From Candidatus Thorarchaeota archaeon (GTDB lineage Archaea > Asgardarchaeota > Thorarchaeia > Thorarchaeales > Thorarchaeaceae): a stretch of 24,000 nt of DNA. The stretch is taken from positions 132,429 to 156,428 of the forward strand of contig JBHLQH010000007.1 of the NCBI GenBank assembly GCA_048884965.1, given 5' to 3'. The translations under genes and the position numbers were made by a program. Below are positions 8,239 through 16,500 of this stretch, in pieces. Each line of letters starts with the position of its first letter. The stretch's first letter is position 1. Below the pieces are notes generated by a model. The model was not told the origin of the DNA. It saw nothing but the letters and a program-made list of their open reading frames with translations, and made no database searches.

Positions 8239-9567
8239 ATGACTGATACGGCTCCAACTATCCCTCTTCTAGAAGAACCTAGGAAGAGATTCTCCAAAAT
8301 CAAACTAAAAGATATCAGGAAGATACAGATTTTCAGCTCAAGTCACCCACATGCGATAGCGGCTTCGTCCATTCTATGCAGAGCTATTCTCAGAGCAAAT
8401 GTGCTGTTCCATGTCAAGTTCATCGATAATATTGTGCCAGTTGACTATCTGGAAGCGCATATGGGTACTACATCCAGTACTCTGGTTCTAGCTATAGGAC
8501 TTGATATCATCGGAGCTACATCCAGCCATCAAAAACATCTTCTAGGAATCGGGAGTCGATTCCATGCCAAGATTGAGGATCTTACAGAATCATCATCTGA
8601 TATTCCAGTCGCAGCTGAGGCTATTGAATTTGCAAAAGAAACGATGGGGGTCTTGCCTGAGGACCTCGGACTTGCTGCAATTAGCATGCTTCTTGAGAGT
8701 CCTACGAATGAGATTACAAAGGCAATCATCGCTGCTTCCCTCAAAGAAGGAATAATCGCTTCACGAAAAGGATTCAAAATCCCTGGCTTCAATTTCTTCT
8801 TAATGGACGAGGTTTTTTCAAATAACATTCATCCATATCTAGATTCACTAAGTGGCGCACCGGAATCCTGTCAACGGATCTTCGAAGATGCCGAGATATC
8901 ATATAGTAGATGGAGCACTCCTCTGAACAAGCTAAATCCTAAAGAAACACGTCAGCTCAATGCAGTACTACTTCTCTCGTTGTCAAAGGCAGCTGTCCCT
9001 TATGTGCTCGGGAGTGATTACGAATTCCAATACGAGAAGGAATCGAGTCCGCTGCGTCATTTTTCAAGCATATCATCAATGTCCCAAGTTATCTGGAGCA
9101 GGCATGAAATGGGTCTCTTGTTGGGTGTGCTCATTGGGGACCGTGCACGACTGTTGGACAGTTTCGTCAAAACATACCGAAAATACTGCCAGGAAGCAAT
9201 CTCTATAGTCGCAGAAGTAAATGCGCTATTGGATGATAGCGAAACGACGAAATTCGCTGATACTCATATCCTCATGAGAACCTCTACCCTGCCTGATACA
9301 ACCTTTCCCGATGTAGGCCGTATTACACTTGAGTCAAATGCAGCAAAGGATGTAAAATTCCTTCTATTAGTTTCAGAAAAATCGCTATATGTAATATGGA
9401 AGAAACAACTTTCCTTGCTAGCAGTTTCTGCAGAGCTATTCAAGAAGAAAATCCAGTTCATATCTACTTCCAAGCAATCAGTCAGAATATCTGATACATC
9501 TGATGCTACATGTAGTAAGATTGTGGATATAATGAAAGTCCTCACAAAGGATGTCCAGAAATCATGA
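8239..9567 (+). CDS. RecJ/GAN/Cdc45-family (DHH-fold) protein with degenerate catalytic motifs
   Basis: By-eye colinearity with archaeal RecJ-like GAN proteins includes IQIFSSSHPHAIAASSILCRAIL (motif I region), LVLAIGLDIIG (motif II region), KEGIIASRKGFKIPGF and LLLGVLIGDRARLLD. The D-x-D position reads H-P-H, and there is no DHH or GGGH anywhere. The family assignment was not verified by a search. Confidence 0.55.
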   Translation: MTDTAPTIPLLEEPRKRFSKIKLKDIRKIQIFSSSHPHAIAASSILCRAILRANVLFHVKFIDNIVPVDYLEAHMGTTSSTLVLAIGLDIIGATSSHQKHLLGIGSRFHAKIEDLTESSSDIPVAAEAIEFAKETMGVLPEDLGLAAISMLLESPTNEITKAIIAASLKEGIIASRKGFKIPGFNFFLMDEVFSNNIHPYLDSLSGAPESCQRIFEDAEISYSRWSTPLNKLNPKETRQLNAVLLLSLSKAAVPYVLGSDYEFQYEKESSPLRHFSSISSMSQVIWSRHEMGLLLGVLIGDRARLLDSFVKTYRKYCQEAISIVAEVNALLDDSETTKFADTHILMRTSTLPDTTFPDVGRITLESNAAKDVKFLLLVSEKSLYVIWKKQLSLLAVSAELFKKKIQFISTSKQSVRISDTSDATCSKIVDIMKVLTKDVQKS

Positions 9568-9803
9568 GAGCTAATATTGACATCGAATTCGATTCGACCG
9601 ATGATGCAGAGCAGATAAGAAAGACCATTACCCCGGACAATACACCAGTTCCTGAGGGGATTGAAATCGACACCAAGGTCATAGGGGCAACATTGAAGGT
9701 CGTAATCAAGTGCAATCGGGGTATTGACAGCTTCAGGGCTACGATAGAGGACATTATGAGCGCAATTGATCTATCCATCCGCACTCAAAAAACAGTAGAA
9801 TAG
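9564..9803 (+). CDS. pcc1: KEOPS subunit Pcc1-like protein
   Basis: The 79-aa protein matches the archaeal Pcc1 pattern (IDIEFDSTDDAEQIRKTI ... ATLKVVIKCNRGIDSFRATIEDIMSAIDLSI). Compare xIEMEFPSEDVA ... ILDIKATDSSALRGTVNSYLRWI in Pyrococcus Pcc1 as I recall it. The ATG overlaps the upstream stop (ATGA). Confidence 0.78.
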   Translation: MRANIDIEFDSTDDAEQIRKTITPDNTPVPEGIEIDTKVIGATLKVVIKCNRGIDSFRATIEDIMSAIDLSIRTQKTVE

Positions 9804-9807
9804 GCTA

Positions 9808-11262
9808 TCAATTGTCCTTATATTTCAAGACAAGCCGTTGATACTCAGATTTGGCCTTTGATCGTGCGATATCTGCCATATCCTCAGTTATGAATCCTCT
9901 TTGAACAGCGCGTTTTAGAAGATGTTGATCAATAATCCTAATCTGTCCCTTCTTGGGAGCGACGACATCTATCTCCAGATCCACATACCTTACAGTTCCT
10001 GGAGACGCTCCATTACTGGGATAGACTTCTATTCCTGTGTTAATATTCACATACGTTCCTTTGTGCTGATCATCCTTTGAGTAGTAATCCGTCAACAGAA
10101 TCATGGATCCAGGGACTACCTTTGTTATCGAATAGTCGCCATCATCTCGTGGTACTTCGACATCGTCAATGCTCTCAGGGGTCATCTTGAGCTTACGTGT
10201 AGTATACTTGAATTGTCGTCTGATGGAAATGCTGCTATTATTGACATCAGTCACTCTTCCTTTAGAAAGAACGATGCATCGACCATCTAGTTTCGTATGG
10301 ACAATATTGATTGGGTCATCGACCTTTGGCATATCCCAGCTTATGACCTTGTCAAGCTTGCTCTTTACATACTCATGCTCACTTGGTCTATCTTCAACCA
10401 TCATTTCTGCGAAATCCACCAGAGATGCATATCCAGCACTCTTGTAGAAATGATGATGGTCTATTGTTGGCCTAATCTTAGCGCGCGTTTTGTCTAACGA
10501 ATCCTTTACCTCGGCAGGGAACTCGATATCCGCATTGCTTGTCCCCTCAAAAAGAAGACCAGTTTCTGCAAGGATATTGAAGCTATCCTCTATCTTCTGT
10601 GCAGTATCTAGAAGGCTCTCAATCTCGTTGTATAGCTCTTCCTCTGTCAGTTTGATTGCTGCAGTTCTCCAAAGAATGCCCCACGGTTCAGTATGGACTC
10701 TCAGCTTCTTACCCAATCCAGAAAGGTCACTACGAGTTTCTTGTCCCTTGATCTTTGTACTGAGACGTACCACAGGATCTGGTAATAATACAGCAGCCCG
10801 TCCAGGGATAGTGATGCTAGATGATAGTACAGGTGCTTTCCTACCATAATCATGAGCTCGGACTTGGACCATGATAGACTTGCCTTTCTCTAGGGACCTA
10901 TCTGGAAGAAGCCCTGAGATTGGGCCAAGATTGACACGTGTGTGTCCGGTCTTCTCATCCTTTCCCATCACTACACCCTTGTAGATTGAACTCTTGGCAA
11001 CCCTTGGTGTACGTGTGATTACCCATCCAAGCCTTCTACGGAGAACATCTGTAAGCTTCTTCAATACAGACTCATATGCTATCGCTACGATACCTTGCAG
11101 GTCGCTTCTGTCCCAGATATCCACATCGGGAATGTCTGCACGATATGGGAGCCCGAATCTTCTAGCCACTTCCGGAGTTGGTTGAACCATTTCGAAATGA
11201 TTCTGTAGCATGATTTGCGTCAGTGACTGTGAATAGATTCCTCTTATCCGTGCCTTAATCAA
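9808..11262 (-). CDS. fau-1: probable ribonuclease FAU-1 (archaeal RNase E/G-like, C-terminal DUF402)
   Basis: The N-terminus ARIRGIYSQSLTQIML and the ~480 aa overall size match the FAU-1 family. TTG 11262 is the only canonical start downstream of the upstream in-frame stop, which I traced by hand. Confidence 0.72.
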   Translation of the reverse strand: MIKARIRGIYSQSLTQIMLQNHFEMVQPTPEVARRFGLPYRADIPDVDIWDRSDLQGIVAIAYESVLKKLTDVLRRRLGWVITRTPRVAKSSIYKGVVMGKDEKTGHTRVNLGPISGLLPDRSLEKGKSIMVQVRAHDYGRKAPVLSSSITIPGRAAVLLPDPVVRLSTKIKGQETRSDLSGLGKKLRVHTEPWGILWRTAAIKLTEEELYNEIESLLDTAQKIEDSFNILAETGLLFEGTSNADIEFPAEVKDSLDKTRAKIRPTIDHHHFYKSAGYASLVDFAEMMVEDRPSEHEYVKSKLDKVISWDMPKVDDPINIVHTKLDGRCIVLSKGRVTDVNNSSISIRRQFKYTTRKLKMTPESIDDVEVPRDDGDYSITKVVPGSMILLTDYYSKDDQHKGTYVNINTGIEVYPSNGASPGTVRYVDLEIDVVAPKKGQIRIIDQHLLKRAVQRGFITEDMADIARSKAKSEYQRLVLKYKDN

Positions 11263-11350
11263 ACACTTTCCATCCGTGCTATCTATGCCAACGAACCCTG
11301 CTCCCTTTGAAGAGGATCGTGATATTACTCGTTAATGGTCCGCACAGGAG

Positions 11351-11620
11351 CTAGTCACGGATTGGCTCCAGCAAGCTGGAAACATGCCAGATCTTAGTTC
11401 TAGCATGATTAGGACAGTTGGGGTCCTGACTAGGCTCGTCTAGAATTGCAATGGCGTTCTGCGCTCTGACTGCTGGCGAATCGGTGTCATTCTCAAGAAC
11501 TGCAATTGCCTCATTGGCTGCACGTCTGATATTTCGGGGGACTGATGAGTCATTCCCTATTTGCGTAAGCAGATGTTTAGATTGGTCTATGCTTCTTTGT
11601 GTTTCTGGATCTAGGGGCAT
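11351..11620 (-). CDS. UPF0147 family protein
   Basis: GNDSSVPRNIRRAANEAIAVLEN...SPAVRAQNAIAILDEPSQDPNCPNHARTKIWHVSSLLEPIRD is near-diagnostic of the archaeal UPF0147 family. I use ATG 11620, whereas the track uses GTG 11632. Confidence 0.82.
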   Translation of the reverse strand: MPLDPETQRSIDQSKHLLTQIGNDSSVPRNIRRAANEAIAVLENDTDSPAVRAQNAIAILDEPSQDPNCPNHARTKIWHVSSLLEPIRD

Positions 11621-11788
11621 ATTATCAACCACCTATGAAATTATCTCAGCGCACCAAAGTTAGATGTGCGGATTAACAACATAATGCGGTTGTTATCCTC
11701 ATATCATTCTTTCGGCAGAGCAACAAAATTTGTACATTTCCTAACAACTCTCATATAGCAATAAGAACCACGTAGAATCAGAATAAAA

Positions 11789-12142
11789 ATGGACGATAAG
11801 AAAGACGCCTCGGTCAAGCGAATGGCACAGCTTCTTCAGCAAGGTGCCACCATGCTAGCAGATGGCTGCCCCCAGTGTGGTTCTCCCCTGCTAAAGGTCG
11901 AAGATGACATCTATTGTGCGATGTGCGATAGGCGAATTGTCTATGCCTCATCAGAAGAGGAAGTCGAATCATTCACTGTCAAGGAGCTACTTCCAGAGCT
12001 GAAAGATACACTACTTTTGAAACTCAAGACCCTGAATGACCTTATTGAGAGAGAGAATGATACAGAAACCCTAACCAAGCTAGCGAATCTGATGGTCCTT
12101 CTTCTTCAAGCTCTTGATAGTCTGAGAAAGATGAACAAATAG
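11789..12142 (+). CDS. UPF0148 / autoantigen-p27-like zinc-ribbon protein
   Basis: LLQQGATMLADGCPQCGSPLLKVEDDIYCAMCD shows the family's Cys4 ribbon preceded by the LL.G..ML motif. Confidence 0.72.
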   Translation: MDDKKDASVKRMAQLLQQGATMLADGCPQCGSPLLKVEDDIYCAMCDRRIVYASSEEEVESFTVKELLPELKDTLLLKLKTLNDLIERENDTETLTKLANLMVLLLQALDSLRKMNK

Positions 12143-12187
12143 CATCCACTGCTATTGCTAAGCCCAAAAGAAAGAAACAAGGAGCGC

Positions 12188-12847
12188 TTATTCAGCGCCC
12201 TCTTTCTTCTTCTCTGTGCCCCTCCGGAGTCTTGCACGTCGTGCCTTGACTTCCTCAGGACCCTTGAGTACCTTGCTCTTTCGGATCTCGCATTCACGAA
12301 GTGGAACAATCTTCTTGACTGCTTCGCGAACCTCAGTCGCTAGTTCACCAAGAACGACCTTTGTGACAAGCTCATCGAATACATGCCTCTTTGCATGAGT
12401 TCGGATGACCTTCTCTATTGCCTTTCGAACAGAGTGCTCTTGGCTTGTCTTAGCTCGTGAAGTTGTGAAGACAATAACAGAGATACGCATGAGATAGTCG
12501 TCCTTTGTGAGGATGGGACCTATCCAATCGATTCTTGAAGTGCCTCTTCTAACGAGACCTCTAAGATAGTCAGAGCTCCATTCATGACCATGGAACACGG
12601 TCTTGGCCTCTTGACCTATTACTTCTAGAATCTTGAATCTCAGCTTTACATGAATTTGGTCGAAATTACCTGTTAGATCATAGAGCGTGGGTTGTACTGT
12701 ACGGCCAATCAATAACTCAGGGTTTCCTGATGGAGTGGTTCCAATATCCTTCTCCTCAAAATACTCTGGAGATTTGATCTGGTACCAAATTTTCTCTCTC
12801 CACTTATCCCTCGTTCTGGCCGCTGCTTGTCGACTTCTTGATGACAT
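12188..12847 (-). CDS. rps3ae: 30S ribosomal protein S3Ae (eS1)
   Basis: The motifs are DKWREKIWYQIKSPEYF, LIGRTVQPTLYDLTG, HVKLRFKI and SDYLRGLVRRGTSRID. The protein is 219 aa with a basic tail. Confidence 0.95.
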   Translation of the reverse strand: MSSRSRQAAARTRDKWREKIWYQIKSPEYFEEKDIGTTPSGNPELLIGRTVQPTLYDLTGNFDQIHVKLRFKILEVIGQEAKTVFHGHEWSSDYLRGLVRRGTSRIDWIGPILTKDDYLMRISVIVFTTSRAKTSQEHSVRKAIEKVIRTHAKRHVFDELVTKVVLGELATEVREAVKKIVPLRECEIRKSKVLKGPEEVKARRARLRRGTEKKKEGAE

Positions 12848-13244
12848 ATCTTATCACGCTCTTAATCTGGACGTCTATAGTCCTTAGAACATATGGTTCC
12901 TCCGGTTGTACCAGTGGAGCCTCGCCGACATCCAATGGTCCGAATAAAAAGATTGTGACGTGTAATAAAGCGGAGAAAATAGCCCGCCATCATACAGCGT
13001 ACCATCCTACGACCAACAAAATCCTTTTTACCTTTGGATGCATCATCTTACGTAACTCATCGGCCGAAATGCCCCTGCTAGACCAGACTCTAAATTTCGT
13101 TTTAAGGAAAACCTTTTATTTCCACAAAAGTGGTTTCCAATGCTCAGCAGAACCGCTTCCCAATCATGCATGACCATACGTTTCGTTTGATACAGCACAA
13201 CTATGTGTATGTATTGTGCGGCACACAGGGTCTTATCACAGTAG

Positions 13245-13353
13245 GGGCTCGTGGCGCAGCTAGGTAGCGCAGCAGGCTTTTAACCTGAAGATCAGGAGAG
13301 TCATCTCTTGTATCGGGGACGGGCCGCGGGTTCAAATCCCGCCGAGCCCGCCA
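13245..13353 (+). tRNA. tRNA-Lys (anticodon UUU) with a ~32-nt intron at a non-canonical position (3' strand of the anticodon stem) and encoded CCA
   Basis: I folded it by hand. The acceptor is GGGCUCG/CGAGCCC, the D arm is GCGC-AGCUAGGUA-GCGC, the anticodon loop is CUUUUAA (anticodon at 13279-13281), and the T arm is GCGGG-UUCAAAU-CCCGC. The anticodon stem GCAGG/CCUG-C closes only if 13288-13319 is removed. Confidence 0.75.
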
Positions 13354-13508
13354 CAACTACTTTGATGCGTGTTCTAGGAATCGGCTATGCGGGTGAGATA
13401 GCGGGGCGGCTATTGCGGCAGATGAGCATACTCGGATTTTCTGGGAATGCTTTGGGAAGCGAACGAACTGCAGTAGTTACCCCGTCCCATATTCAAGGGT
13501 GTAGCTCT

Positions 13509-16500
13509 ATGTCGGAACTAAAAGAGAGGCAGAAGTATTGGCCTGTAATTGAATCATACTTCGCAGAAAAAGGACTTGTAGGCCAGCATCTTGACTCGTT
13601 CAACAGATTTGTACGAGAAGAACTGCAACAAGTCGTAAACAGTGTCGGTCGGCTCAATCCAAAGGTCGAAGGCTATTTTGTAGATCTTGGTGAGATCACG
13701 GTAATGCCACCATCAGTACGCGAAGCAGATGGAAGTGAACATCCTCTATATCCAAACGAGGCACGAATTCGTAACCTTACATACGCAAGCAAGCTATTCC
13801 TCGATATGACCCCTGTCCGTCAGGAAGGGTCTGTATCCACACGGCTTGAAACCATGCGTATCTACATAGGCGACCTTCCAATCATGCTCCGTAGTGAAAC
13901 ATGTCTTCTACATGAATTGTCAGATGAAGACCTCATCAAGCATGGTGAGGATCCAAACGATCCAGGTGGCTATTTCATTATCAATGGATCAGAACGGGTT
14001 TTAGTTACACAGGAGGATTTGGCGCCTAATAGAATCCTTATCGAAGAAGCTAGCAAAAGTTCCAGCTACACCCATATTGGCAAAGTCTTCTCGACAAGTC
14101 GTGGATTCCGTGCGCCAGTCACCATTGAAAGAAAACGTACCGGTGAACTGAGAGTATCCTTCCCGTCAGTACCCGGTAAGATTCCCCTTGCAATCCTTAT
14201 GAAATCCCTCGGGCTTGAATCAGATAGGGATATTGCAGAGGTCATCTCAGATGACGATGAGATTAGAAACGAACTCATTGTCACAATTGAGCAAGCTGCA
14301 CCAATCAATGTCATGAAGGATGAAGAGGACGAAGACACCACGACCATGAACAACGCTCTGGACTTCATCGGAAAGAGAGTTGCAGTAGGACAGACAAAGG
14401 AATATCGTCTAGCCCGTGCAGAGAAAGTACTGGATAGATATCTTCTACCGCATATCGGAACGGAGGAGAACCACAGACTTCCGAAGGCCTACTACCTGGG
14501 TCAGATGGTCGAACGACTTCTCGAGTTGGTGCTCAGCAAGCGCTCTCAGGATGACAAAGACCACTATGCAAACAAGCGGCTAAAGTTATCTGGGGACCTC
14601 CTTATGTCCCTCTTCAGAGTAGCACTCTACTCACTTACACGCGATATCAAATATCAGCTTGAACGGACTGCCGTTAGAGGTAGAAAGCCCAACATCCGAA
14701 CTGCAGTACGTGCAGATGTCATTACCCAACGCTTGAAGCATGCTTTGGCAACTGGTAACTGGGTAGGCGGAAAGGCTGGTGTATCACAGCTTCTAGACAG
14801 AACGAACTTCATCTCATCCCTTTCCCACCTTAGACGAGTCGTTTCGCCGCTCTCACGATCACAGCCACACTTTGAGGCACGAGACCTTCACTCCACTCAC
14901 TGGGGCAAAATCTGTCCGAACGAAACGCCAGAAGGTCCCAATTGTGGCCTTGTGAAGAACATCGCGATGATGGCATATATCTCAGTAGGCACGGAGGAAG
15001 ATGCAGTAGAGAATGCACTCTACAAGGCTGAAGTCGAATCCATCGAGAAACTCAGAGGAAAGCGAGGTACAAAGTGGGCTGACGTATTCCTTAATGGTCG
15101 ATTAGTCGGTGTCCATCCTGCACCCCAAGTACTTGCAAAGACGATTCGCCAGAAGCGTCGAGCAGGAGAAATTGATTCAGAAACCAACATCGCATACTAT
15201 GAGGATACGAACGAGATTCAAGTCAACTGTGATGCAGGTAGAGTCAGGCGTCCAGTCATCGTGGTAGAGAACGGCAAGAGCCGTCTTACAGATGAGCATC
15301 TACGAATGGTCACAGATGGCGAATGGACATTCACTGATCTGCTAAGAAATGGCATTGTCGAGTACGTTGATGCAGAAGAAGAAGAGAACACGCTCATTGC
15401 GATGACTCCCGGGGAAATAGGTGCAAAGACTACTCATCTTGAGATAGTCCCATCCACCATCCTAGGCATTTCTGCAGCACTTATCCCATTCCCAGAGCGG
15501 AACCAATCACCTCGTAATGTGTACATGGCAGGCATGGCAAAACAAAGCGTCGGTGTCCCAGCAGCCAATTTCAAGTTCCGTGCTGATACCCGCTCTCACT
15601 TCTTCCACTATCCACAGGTACCCCTCGTAAAGACCCGTGCTATGGACTCGATTGGGTTCGAGAAGCGTCCTGCAGGACAGAACTTTGTCGTCGGGATCCT
15701 GTCCTTTGAAGGATATAACATTGAAGACGCGCTTATCATGAACAAAGCCTCGATTGAACGAGGCCTAGGACGAAGCACCTTCGCTCGAGTATATGAGAGT
15801 GAGGAGCGCAAGTATCCTGGTGGTCAAGAAGACCGCTTTGAGATACCTGACAGAAGTGTCCGCGGGTATCGCGCATCTGAATCTTACAGGAACCTTGGTG
15901 AAGATGGAATCATCGAAACCGAGGTAGAGGTTCAGGGCGGAGATGTCCTTATTGGTAGGACCTCACCACCACGATTCCTCGAAGAATATTCAGAGTTCGA
16001 GATTGCATCCCCGAACCGACGTGAAACCTCTGTGGCCGTACGCCATGGAGAGGCTGGAGTAGTTGACAGCGTTATCCTGACAGAAACAATTGATGGTAAC
16101 AGACTAGTCAAGGTCAAAGTACGAGACCTTAGAATTCCCGAGCTTGGTGACAAGTACGCTTCACGACACGGTCAGAAAGGAGTCATTGGCTACATCGTCC
16201 CACAACAGGATGTGCCCTTCACTGAGGATGGAGTCGTACCCGACCTCATTATCAATCCCCACGCTATCCCTAGCCGAATGACCATCGGTCAGATTCTAGA
16301 GATGGTTGCTGGAAAGGCTGGCTCCATGGCTGGCAAGCAACAGGATGCCACGCCATTCTGTGGTGTGACCGAGAACGAACTGTTCACTATCATGCGGAAG
16401 CACGGCCTAAAGCACAATGGCCGAGAGGTCATGTACTCTGGCATTACCGGTCAGAAGCTCAAGACGGACATCTTCATTGGTGTCATCTACTATCAGAAGC

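Noticed and set aside
10490-10849. Long antisense ORFs lie inside well-supported genes (10490-10849, 21142-21504, 2775-3125, 14066-14368, 17703-17987, 18633-18908 and others).
   Set aside because: Each lies entirely within a strongly supported gene on the opposite strand and is Ser/Leu/Arg/Pro-rich low-complexity sequence. This is typical of reverse-frame artefacts in mid-GC coding DNA.
12838-13173. A 111-aa plus-strand ORF looked like a candidate for the missing rpoH.
   Set aside because: It has no resemblance to the RpoH/Rpb5 C-terminal domain. Its composition is Thr/Ser/Asn/Cys-rich, and its start overlaps the rps3ae start region. It is most likely non-coding.
12848-13244. The ORF-free 390-bp gap could hold an ncRNA (RNase P RNA, SRP RNA or a C/D-box sRNA).
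   Set aside because: By eye I found no GAGGAAAGUCC-type RNase P core, no SRP motifs and no properly spaced C (UGAUGA) and D (CUGA) box pair on either strand. Only short hairpins are present. A covariance-model scan would be needed to exclude an ncRNA.
13308-13508. The track gives rpoB a 67-codon N-terminal extension (1191-aa ORF).
   Set aside because: The extension overlaps the 3' half of tRNA-Lys, has no RpoB similarity and is Gly/Ala/Arg-rich read-through. The conserved RpoB N-terminus begins at ATG 13509, which has a GGGTG box upstream.
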